NCBI GenBank assembly: GCA_052387475.1
Contig: JBQTJD010000625.1
Span: 1 to 32,077 of the forward strand
DNA length: 32,077 bases
From: Anaerolineales bacterium
GTDB taxonomy: Bacteria > Chloroflexota > Anaerolineae > Anaerolineales > UBA6663
Direction: 5' to 3'
In this document: one piece after another, positions 24,261 to 32,077 of the stretch
Layout of the letters: every line of letters begins with the position of its first letter
How positions within the stretch are numbered: position 1 is the stretch's first letter
Notes under the pieces: model-generated
The model's input: the letters and a program-made list of their open reading frames with translations, nothing else
What the model was told of the DNA's origin: nothing
Databases searched by the model: none
Program-made: the position numbers and the translations under genes

Positions 24261-26137
24261 GCCTCGATCGGCTCGCCATCCAGCACAAGGCGGCTCCACA
24301 ATTCGAACGTCAACAGCAAGCCGAACTCCACCGCGTAGTTTGTACGCCCTGCCATGTGCTCAGCCAGCATGTGCCGCAGGCCAGCCGGATTGTAATAGCC
24401 GCGTTCGAGCGTTCGCTTATCAAGCAAAATGCCTTCGATCCACGGGCGCAGCGAGGTGCGGAACCACAGCGGCCAGTTGGCGCGCTCGCGTTCCGTGCCA
24501 AGCGGGACGAGGCCGCCGGTGACCTGGCTGAGGCGACGCTGTACGTAGAAAATCCCGCGTGAGAGAAAGGTGACGACTGGCCCACTCAACCCAGCGGCCA
24601 CGCCGGTGTAATCGTAAGGGATGCGGGCAAGGTCGGGCCGGGTGCGCTTGATGAGTTCGATCTGCAACCGGCGGTGGATGCGCCAGCGCGCCGGCACGCG
24701 GCAGGCAAGGTCGGAAAACTCGTTATCGCTGTACGGGAAGCGTGTCTCGATCTGCGTGCGGGTCAACACCGGGCCGTTGCCGGAGGAACGGGGCCAGCGA
24801 CTCTTGAGGCAAAAAGCCTCCGCTTGTGCGGCGAATGAGTCACCCCGACATTGTTTCAGCTCCTGGAGCAGGGCCTCAAAAGGCGCGCCGGCTGTGGCGC
24901 GGTGTAGCGCCGGGCTTAGGACTTTGGCCCGGAGCGCATCGTTGATGTACACCCCTTGATGATCGTAGAAATGATGCGCGGCCTCCGAAAAAGTTTTGGC
25001 TCGCATCAGCTCGTCGTTTAGCTGAATGCCACCCACGATCCCATCTACCCGGCCCATGCCGTAAAAGACCACATCGGCAAAAGGCTTGACGCGGCGGATG
25101 CCGTTGAGCATGTAGATGTCGATGACTGTCATCAGTCCGTCGGTGTACCACACGCCCTGCTGCGCGGTCTGCGGCAGAAACTCGGGCCGCAGGTCCAGCG
25201 GGTGATGCTGGCCGCCGAGGCGGGCGGCCACTGCGTTGCCGTACTTCACATCCCACGATCCAGCCGGCCCAAAGGTGAACGAGTGGAAACGCGGCTTGAG
25301 GCGATCTGGGATGACGCCGGCGGCGAGCCGCGAGTCCAGTCCGCCGCTGACGTACGCGCCGAAGGTGTGATCGCCCTGTGTCTGCCGCTCCACCGCCACG
25401 CGCATCATCTCCGCCAGTTCGCTCACATAAGCTTCGCGGGGGCGCTCGGGTTGATCCTGTGCCACCACCGGCTCCCAATACGCACGCACGTGGCACTCGC
25501 CGTTGGCAAACGTGGCCAGGCAGCCTGCCGGCAGGTAGCGCACATCGCACAACAGTGTCCGATCCGCCATGACGTGCCGGAAAGTAAACAGCTCGATTAA
25601 TCCTTGCTCATCCACTTTGCGCGGCACGCGCTGATCCTGAATAATGGCTTTGACTTCAGAGGCAAAGAGAAAGCGCCCGCTGTTCGTGTAAAAGTAGAGC
25701 GGGCGATTGGCGTCGCGATCCACCGCGATCAACAGCTTGTCTTGGCGCCGATCGAAGATCGCGACGGCGAAATTGCCGTCCAGATCGCGCACGCACTCGT
25801 CGCCGAAGTCTTCGTAAAGATGTGCAAGGATATCGGCGTCACTCTCGCCGTCGAGGCGATGCCCGGCCTGGCGGAGTTGCGCCAGCCATGCGCGGCGTTG
25901 AAAGTCGTAGATCTCCCCATCCACGAAGACCAGGACGGATTGATCTTCATTGCCTGCGGGCTGTGGCCCCAGGTTGGTGATGCCCAGGCTCACACGCCCA
26001 CCGGCGAAAGGCGGCGCGACCGAGGTGTGCGGTTGGTACCACGGCTCGTGTGTGAGGGCAGCTTGCATACGCGCCGACAATGCGCTCAACGGCCCAGCCT
26101 CAAGTTCGCGATCATAAATCCCAAAAAGCCCCGGCAT
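24257..26137 (-). CDS. Asparagine synthase-like ATP-dependent amide ligase lacking the N-terminal Cys
   Basis: Begins MPGLFG; DGEIYD; LDGNFA; FASEVKAI; VSGGLDSR PP-loop; ETRFPY.D. Confidence 0.88.
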   Translation of the reverse strand: MPGLFGIYDRELEAGPLSALSARMQAALTHEPWYQPHTSVAPPFAGGRVSLGITNLGPQPAGNEDQSVLVFVDGEIYDFQRRAWLAQLRQAGHRLDGESDADILAHLYEDFGDECVRDLDGNFAVAIFDRRQDKLLIAVDRDANRPLYFYTNSGRFLFASEVKAIIQDQRVPRKVDEQGLIELFTFRHVMADRTLLCDVRYLPAGCLATFANGECHVRAYWEPVVAQDQPERPREAYVSELAEMMRVAVERQTQGDHTFGAYVSGGLDSRLAAGVIPDRLKPRFHSFTFGPAGSWDVKYGNAVAARLGGQHHPLDLRPEFLPQTAQQGVWYTDGLMTVIDIYMLNGIRRVKPFADVVFYGMGRVDGIVGGIQLNDELMRAKTFSEAAHHFYDHQGVYINDALRAKVLSPALHRATAGAPFEALLQELKQCRGDSFAAQAEAFCLKSRWPRSSGNGPVLTRTQIETRFPYSDNEFSDLACRVPARWRIHRRLQIELIKRTRPDLARIPYDYTGVAAGLSGPVVTFLSRGIFYVQRRLSQVTGGLVPLGTERERANWPLWFRTSLRPWIEGILLDKRTLERGYYNPAGLRHMLAEHMAGRTNYAVEFGLLLTFELWSRLVLDGEPIEA

Positions 26138-26140
26138 GCG

Positions 26141-27349
26141 TTACCTCCCGGCACGTTCACGGTACAGTGTCTGATAGACCTCGAATGTTTTTTGCGCGAC
26201 CAAGGCGGCGCGAAAGCGTTGGCCGGCCTGCTGCCGCGCACGCGCGCCCAGCGCTCGGCGCAGTTCGTCGTCGGTCAACAGACGAGTGAGCGCGTTGGCC
26301 AGCCCCGGCACGTCACCGTAGTCCACGATCAGCCCGGTCGCCTCGTGAGCGACAAGGTGCGGTATGCCGCCGACGCGCGTACCGATGACGGGTTTGCCAG
26401 CGGCCAGCGCCTGTTGGACCACCATCGGCGACATCTCCAAGCGCGAGGGTAACACAAACACGGCGCAACGTTCATACTCCTCCAGCAGGCGCTGCTCGGA
26501 AAGTTGACCGAGGAAGTGCACATGCGGCTCGAGGTCGAGGGCCCTCACCCAATGCTGGACTTCGGCCCAATACTCACCTTCATCCGGAGCACCGGCCACG
26601 TGTAGATGTGCCGCCGGCACGCGCTCACGAACCTGAGCCAGGGCCTGAATCAGATGGTGGACGGATTTATTTCTATCCACTCGGCCGGCGAACAGTAGAC
26701 GACCGGGCACTTCGCCGGCGCGCAGCATGAACCATTTATCGGCTATCGGATTCTCGATTGGATAAACCGTAGCGCGGAGAAGATGCCCGTAAGTCTGTGA
26801 CAGATACGGGCTGATGGCGATCAGGTGACGGGCCTGCCGCAGGCTATTGAATTCCTCGCGCGCGGTCAACGGTCTGCGCACCCAACGATTGAACCAGCCG
26901 TGCTCCAGCCATTCTGCGCGATGTCGCATGCCATGCTGCGTGAGGACGGTGGGCCGGTCGGTCGCAAAGGCTACTTCGGCATACGGGCCGGCGATGTGGG
27001 CATGGAGGATATCCGGCTGAATGACCGACAGTTCGCGCCTCAGGCGGATACGGTTGACGGCGAAGAAGGTGATGTTGCCGAAGCGGTACGACGCCGGCAG
27101 ATAGTGAACGGCCAATCGCCCATCGGCGATGACACGACGCGTCGCGACATCTTCGCGCAACGTGACGAGATGAAGCTCGAGGTCGTCCCGGCGGCTGAGT
27201 TCAGCAGCGAGATAGCTGACAACGGCTTCGACACCTCCCACGATCCGGGTCGGATCAAGCGGATAGTCACCCAGCATCGCCACGCGGATGGATTGGCCAA
27301 CGGACACCACATCAACATTGGGCGTTCGAGTCGCAGGTGTCACAGTCAT
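26141..27349 (-). CDS. Glycosyltransferase family 4
   Basis: GGVEAVV, FAGRVDRNK, LPSRLEMSPMVVQQALAAGKPVIGTRVGGIP. Confidence 0.92.
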   Translation of the reverse strand: MTVTPATRTPNVDVVSVGQSIRVAMLGDYPLDPTRIVGGVEAVVSYLAAELSRRDDLELHLVTLREDVATRRVIADGRLAVHYLPASYRFGNITFFAVNRIRLRRELSVIQPDILHAHIAGPYAEVAFATDRPTVLTQHGMRHRAEWLEHGWFNRWVRRPLTAREEFNSLRQARHLIAISPYLSQTYGHLLRATVYPIENPIADKWFMLRAGEVPGRLLFAGRVDRNKSVHHLIQALAQVRERVPAAHLHVAGAPDEGEYWAEVQHWVRALDLEPHVHFLGQLSEQRLLEEYERCAVFVLPSRLEMSPMVVQQALAAGKPVIGTRVGGIPHLVAHEATGLIVDYGDVPGLANALTRLLTDDELRRALGARARQQAGQRFRAALVAQKTFEVYQTLYRERAGR

Positions 27350-27426
27350 TCAAGGATGGCTCGTTCACTACGCGATCACAACCGGGTGCAACCTGCAGTG
27401 ACAGCCTGCATGCGATTGTTGCGCAT

Positions 27427-27502
27427 GAGCGTGACGCAAATGGCGGAGTGTGTGCCGCACTCCGCCAAGACCGACCATCCGATCCATTTTCCAGTCACGC
27501 TC
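27427..27502 (-). other. Structured intergenic element (nested inverted repeats)
   Basis: Inner hairpin tggcggagtg(27441-27450)/cactccgcca(27458-27467); outer pair gagcgtgac(27427-27435)/gtcacgctc(27494-27502). Confidence 0.55.
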
Positions 27503-27513
27503 TCGCCAAAGAG

Positions 27514-28980
27514 TCAGGCCCGGCCCACTTGTCGTCGCACCGCAGCGGGCCGCGCGCGGGTCTCCAACTGGCGTAGGATAGTTTCCTGTGAACCGATGAT
27601 AGCGCCCGCCACAAAGAAAAACAATTGATGCGGGAACTCGTGGTTCATCACGACGGTGGATAGGCTGATGACGTAGGCCAACCACATTGCCCAGAAGATG
27701 GCAACCAGGTCTGGCTCCACAAACACAGCTGGGTCTCTGGCGCGGAAAATGTGCAAGCCTTCCCGTGTCAGCATGAGCAAAGCCAGGACAAACGGGATAA
27801 GACCGAGCAAACCAGCGTCAAGCGCAATTTGCAGGTAGTGGCTTTCAATCGCCTGTAACTCCGAACGCGCCAGGAAGTTCTCGCTGCCGTAACCCAGGAT
27901 GGGCGCGCGGGCGACATAGGTTAGCGCTGTTTGCCAAATCCCAATCCGGCCATTGAGCGTATCCGCCCCTTCGCCCACGCGCTCGGTCGCCACCGCACTG
28001 TCTTCAATTTGGGCGGAAAAGAACCAGCCCGCAAAGGCCGCGCTGACCAGCAGAACAATGAAGAGTGTGCGGAAACGTGGGAAGAAGAAGGGGATGACGG
28101 CCAGGCTGGCGATGGTCGCAATCCAGGCCGTGCGCTTGTAAGTGAAGAAGAGCCCACCGAGAGTCAACAGCAGGAACACCACCAGCAGGAAGCGCGCCGC
28201 CGGGCGGCGGGTCTTGAGCAAGAGATAAAAGTCAATCGGGATCGCCAGTGAAAACACCAATCCAAACCCATGCGGTGAATCCAGCAGGCCGCGCATGATT
28301 CGCAGGCTGCCGCTATCGGTGTAGTACAACAGCCCGGAAATTTGACCGTCGGCAAAAAGGATCTGGCCGGTGGTCTGAGTGAAGATGCCGTATAGCCCGT
28401 TGTACGCGCCAATGATGGCAACCGCCCACAGCACGCGCCGGACCGCTTGCTCGTCGGTCACCAGATACTTGGCGATGTAATACAACAGGAACGGGGCCAG
28501 GTAAACGTCAAAGACCCATTGCATGTTGTAAGTGATGTCCCCGCTGCGCAAGGCCGCAATCGTCAGCGCCAGGCCGGTTAAGGCCAAACCGAGGTCAACC
28601 CGCGTGACGCGCCTGAAAGGATGACGTTCGAGAATGCCGCGCGCCAACACCACAATGAACAGCAGCCCGATGACGGCCCGCCCCAACGTGATGTCCGGGA
28701 TGCCGGCCCCCATACGGAAGTTGAGGAAGATGAAGTTGATGAAGGGATGAAAGATGATGGTCAGTAACAGACCTTCCAATGGAAAGCGCAGAGTCCCCAC
28801 AATGAAGAGGCCCATCAGTAGAGCGGTGACCACGACCTCGGCCGCGTTCTGATTAAAGGCCAGCCCGACTCCAAGGCCGAGGGCAACGGCCAGCGCCAGA
28901 TAGATCAATTCCCTGCGAGCCGGCCCGATCGGAATTCCGAACGAGCCGGTCACAGAGGTTGTACGTTTTGCCTGCGTCAT
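27514..28980 (-). CDS. O-antigen ligase / Wzy-type polysaccharide polymerase
   Basis: Many hydrophobic helices; R.RG...SPH.FG; TYKRTAWIA; GRIGIWQTA....PILGYG; ESHYLQIALDAGLLG. Confidence 0.85.
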   Translation of the reverse strand: MTQAKRTTSVTGSFGIPIGPARRELIYLALAVALGLGVGLAFNQNAAEVVVTALLMGLFIVGTLRFPLEGLLLTIIFHPFINFIFLNFRMGAGIPDITLGRAVIGLLFIVVLARGILERHPFRRVTRVDLGLALTGLALTIAALRSGDITYNMQWVFDVYLAPFLLYYIAKYLVTDEQAVRRVLWAVAIIGAYNGLYGIFTQTTGQILFADGQISGLLYYTDSGSLRIMRGLLDSPHGFGLVFSLAIPIDFYLLLKTRRPAARFLLVVFLLLTLGGLFFTYKRTAWIATIASLAVIPFFFPRFRTLFIVLLVSAAFAGWFFSAQIEDSAVATERVGEGADTLNGRIGIWQTALTYVARAPILGYGSENFLARSELQAIESHYLQIALDAGLLGLIPFVLALLMLTREGLHIFRARDPAVFVEPDLVAIFWAMWLAYVISLSTVVMNHEFPHQLFFFVAGAIIGSQETILRQLETRARPAAVRRQVGRA

Positions 28981-28983
28981 GAA

Positions 28984-30018
28984 TTAGTCAGTTGCCTGCG
29001 AAGCGGCCGTCAACGGCCTGGCTTTGGGACGATGGCGTTCCAGATACTCAAGACCAAAGACAAGTACAAAACTGACTACGAGGCTGACCAGCAAACCAAG
29101 CGCAAGGATGCGAATGTCGTAGGGCGACATCGGCTCCAAAGCGGGATTACCCGGCTCGACGATCTGAATAAACCGGGCCTGAAGAATCTCGTTTTCTTTG
29201 AGCTTGGCTTCTGTTTCCTTGTTCACCAAAAAGGTATAGTAGTCCTCAGACTGTCTGGCCGCATCACGCAACACATCATAGTCTTCGTTCAGCGCGGCCA
29301 ACCGCACGATATTTTCCTGGTGTTGTTGAATGAGCCGGTCGTAACTGGCGGCTCTACCCAGATCACCATTGACGGCCGCATCGCTACTGTAGAGCGTCAG
29401 GTTCCAGATGATGGTGCGCTCGGCTTCAATCTCCGCCTGCAAATCGCTAATGGAGTTTTCGGCTTTGAACGCGACCAGCGCTTGCTTGGCCGCTTGCATA
29501 CGGACTGCTGCCTCGTTCACCTGAGCCGAGATGAATTCGCGCGCCGAGGCGGACGGCTCGGCCTGCAACTCGCCGAAATACTTGCGGGCTTCATCCACAA
29601 GGGTGTTGGCGATGTCAGCCGCCTGCTGAGGATCATTCGCCGTGACCGCCACCCACACGAAAGTCGACTCGGTCGGCTTGTCGGTGGTGATCCACTGGCT
29701 GAGTTCCGAGAGGCTCACCGACAGACCCAGGCGATCTTTGGTGCGGCGGAGCACCGTTGGGCTCTGGATGACCTCCAGAAAGGCCGACTGAGTGGCTCGG
29801 ATTTGCTGATTCTGCGTGGGGCGGTCATAACCCGGATAAAGCGAGACATCCGCGGAGGGCGGCACATTGACCAGAAAGCGCACCGAAGACTCGTACCGCG
29901 CCGGGTTCGACCAGGCGCTGACGAGCATCACGCCCAACGCTGCGCCGCACAGAACGATGAACAACCACCAGCGTTTGCGCAGCACGTGCACGTACTCGAG
30001 AAACTCTTGCATGCTCAT
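28984..30018 (-). CDS. Wzz/GumC-like polysaccharide co-polymerase (chain-length determinant)
   Basis: EYVHVLRKRWW plus TM; P.YES; DPQQAADIANTL; coiled coil; IVEPG.P..P.SP plus C-terminal TM ending LEYLE. Confidence 0.85.
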   Translation of the reverse strand: MSMQEFLEYVHVLRKRWWLFIVLCGAALGVMLVSAWSNPARYESSVRFLVNVPPSADVSLYPGYDRPTQNQQIRATQSAFLEVIQSPTVLRRTKDRLGLSVSLSELSQWITTDKPTESTFVWVAVTANDPQQAADIANTLVDEARKYFGELQAEPSASAREFISAQVNEAAVRMQAAKQALVAFKAENSISDLQAEIEAERTIIWNLTLYSSDAAVNGDLGRAASYDRLIQQHQENIVRLAALNEDYDVLRDAARQSEDYYTFLVNKETEAKLKENEILQARFIQIVEPGNPALEPMSPYDIRILALGLLVSLVVSFVLVFGLEYLERHRPKARPLTAASQATD

Positions 30019-30083
30019 ATCAGTTCTCCTTCCAGTTCACATCCGGCTCGCGCCGGATACTCATATCGTTCGATCTTGTCGTG

Positions 30084-31376
30084 TCACCGCAATGCCTCCG
30101 GCGAGGACAGCGTGGGTGGGTGCGCTGCATCGGTCTCTGCCGATGGTCGCAGTCTCTGGTAAACACTTTCAATCGCCCGCGCAAATTGACTCGCCGTGAA
30201 ATGCGTCTCGACACGTTGGCGGGCCTGCCGGCCCAATTGATCGGTCCATTGCGGGTTGAGAGCCAGCCTGATCATCGCTTCAGCCATCGCCCGCTCATCG
30301 CCGACCGGCACCAGCACACCCTGCCGGCCATCTTCGACAATATCCAGGACTCCGCCGGCGCGCGTCGCGATCACAGGTTTGCCACACGCCATCCCTTCAA
30401 TAATCACCAGCCCAAACGGCTCCGGCGCGGTGGAACTGTGTACCACTACATCCATGGCGGAAATCAACTTCGGGACATCGGCCCGAAAGCCGGTGAAAGT
30501 GACAATGTCTTTCAACCCCAGTTCGTGTGTCAGAGCCAAGAGCTGGTCTTGATAAGCCGTGTCCGTCGGCGGGTCCGGTTCCCCGACGATGAGGGCTTTT
30601 AGTCGCGGCGCCTGCGTTCGCGCATAGGCCAAAGCACGCAGGAAGACGTCCTGTCCCTTCCACGGCGTCAACCGCCCGATATTTCCGATGACGAAATCTT
30701 CCGCACTGAGACCTAGTAGTTTCCGCGTCATCTGAGCCGTAGCCGGTGTCTCGCTGGCCTCTAAGTCCAACCCGTCGTACACCACTTCTCCACGCTGACC
30801 CGGCACTGCTTGCTGCACCCGCCTCTCCATCTCCCGTGAGATGAAGACCAAATAATCAATCCGGCGTGTCAGCCAACGGTCGAGCATAGTCGGTGGGTTA
30901 TAGTCGCGCACGTGGCAAACACACGCAAGGCGATTGAGCCACGCAGCGACAAGGCCACTGTGATTGCTGTTCGGCTGATTGTTCAGGTGCACCAAATCTA
31001 TCCGCCGGTTGCGAACGATACGGCTGATGCGCAACGCTGCGGGCAACTCATTTCCAAGAAAATACGTGATGGCCCTCAGTTCTGAATACACGTGCGCGGC
31101 GCTTGAGCTGAAACGCATCAACCAGGCCGCAATATCCCGCCGGTACGGCGCGGACGTGTTCGTCGCTCTGGTGTCAGCAGCAGCCTCATCTAAAACCAAG
31201 ACCTCTACACCCAGGGCCCGAAAGCGAGCAGCCAGCTCACTCGGACGCTGGAGCAACACAATCGGCTCATATCGTTCACGGTTCAGGGCGCGTACCAACC
31301 TGTACAAGCTGATGACTGAGCCGCCCACACCACTGGCTTGCTCAATGTACAGGACACGCTGCCGATGATCGTTCAC
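30084..31376 (-). CDS. Glycosyltransferase family 4
   Basis: GGSVISL, IGRLTPWKGQ, FTGFRAD, PEPFGLVIIEGMACGKPVIAT. Confidence 0.92.
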   Translation of the reverse strand: MNDHRQRVLYIEQASGVGGSVISLYRLVRALNRERYEPIVLLQRPSELAARFRALGVEVLVLDEAAADTRATNTSAPYRRDIAAWLMRFSSSAAHVYSELRAITYFLGNELPAALRISRIVRNRRIDLVHLNNQPNSNHSGLVAAWLNRLACVCHVRDYNPPTMLDRWLTRRIDYLVFISREMERRVQQAVPGQRGEVVYDGLDLEASETPATAQMTRKLLGLSAEDFVIGNIGRLTPWKGQDVFLRALAYARTQAPRLKALIVGEPDPPTDTAYQDQLLALTHELGLKDIVTFTGFRADVPKLISAMDVVVHSSTAPEPFGLVIIEGMACGKPVIATRAGGVLDIVEDGRQGVLVPVGDERAMAEAMIRLALNPQWTDQLGRQARQRVETHFTASQFARAIESVYQRLRPSAETDAAHPPTLSSPEALR

Positions 31377-32077
31377 GGTGTTTTCTCGGTAGCGGCGTGA
31401 TTCAAACGACGTTGCATCAACTCAGAAAGCTCGGTCACGCGCGCCTCCCAAGTGTGTTGAGCGGCGATGGTTTTACGTTGCGCCTCTAGAGCGGGGTCGC
31501 GTTCAAGGATGGCAATTTGCAATGCCGTCTCCGCTTCTGCCAACGTTGTTGCCGACTGGGCCACGGCTCCTAGTGCGGCTAACGCCGGGATAGGCGCAGC
31601 CACGACGGGTTTGCCCGCAGCCAGGGCTTCGTAAAGTTTCAACGGATCCATATGTTGGGTTTCGGGTATGAGACGATACGGCAGCCAACACACTTGCGAT
31701 CCCAGCACATACTCCGGCACAACGGAAGCCGGCTTCAACCCCAGAAAATGCACGTTGGCGAGTTGCCGCAACCGATCCAGCTCAGTGTTCACATTGCGCG
31801 GATTAACTTCACCCATCAACACAAACGACCACTCCGGACGGCGGCGCGCCAGTTGCTCGATCAACCCGAGATCAAGCCGGGCGCTGATCAGCCCGGCGTA
31901 CAAGATGCGTGGCTCCGGAATAGATTGCAGATCATCGGGCGGTGATGTTGACCGCGCATAAGCCTCCGCGTCAACTCCGTTGGGCACCAGATATGTGTGG
32001 GCGTTATAAGGGCGCTTGGCTTCCAACAACTTCGGCGAGACCACGATCACCATATCCGCCCGCGCCAGGAGCTTCCG
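31373..32077 (-). CDS. Glycosyltransferase (GT4/TuaH-like), 5' partial
   Basis: Frame open to the window end (RKLLARADMVIVVS); VPNGVD, NVHFLG.K, PLKLYEALAAGKPVV. Confidence 0.88.
   Translation of the reverse strand, partial: RKLLARADMVIVVSPKLLEAKRPYNAHTYLVPNGVDAEAYARSTSPPDDLQSIPEPRILYAGLISARLDLGLIEQLARRRPEWSFVLMGEVNPRNVNTELDRLRQLANVHFLGLKPASVVPEYVLGSQVCWLPYRLIPETQHMDPLKLYEALAAGKPVVAAPIPALAALGAVAQSATTLAEAETALQIAILERDPALEAQRKTIAAQHTWEARVTELSELMQRRLNHAATEKTP

Noticed and set aside
27368-27487. Possible 39-aa His-rich peptide (MDRMVGLGG...) in the wzy-GT gap
   Set aside because: It has no convincing RBS or family resemblance, and the inverted repeats explain the sequence better.
29032-30162. 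376-aa plus-strand ORF (and similar ones at 16560-17420, 25604-26452 and 26825-27628)
   Set aside because: Each is antisense to a well-supported minus-strand gene and has no recognisable motif.

Overview
GC-rich bacterial DNA, most likely Chloroflexota. This is inferred from the YLPxI motifs in secreted proteins, a DUF5667/Pro-Thr-rich membrane protein and a CCCCTTCCC...GGGAAGGGG palindromic element. The window has two convergent blocks. (1) Plus strand, 1-4726: a partial DUF559 nuclease, a DUF7662-like/XRE-HTH fusion, and a small Cys-rich unknown protein whose near-consensus promoter lies inside a perfect 17-bp inverted repeat. Next come a UPF0175/DUF3368(PIN) toxin-antitoxin pair and recQ. 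The TA pair lies between two copies of the first 70 nt of recQ that differ only at synonymous sites. (2) Minus strand, 4778-32077: a large Wzy/Wzz-type surface polysaccharide locus. It has six glycosyltransferases, an AlgD-like GDP-mannose dehydrogenase, a glutaminase-dead AsnB-like ligase, a FemAB-like GNAT, an acyltransferase and two methyltransferases. It also has a heparinase II/III lyase, a GH74-like propeller lipoprotein and an apparently circularly permuted CE4 deacetylase, plus two YLPxI-motif secreted proteins and an anti-sigma-like protein with no adjacent sigma factor. I saw no rRNA, tRNA, CRISPR array, integrase or transposase. Family assignments come from motif recognition by eye, not database searches.
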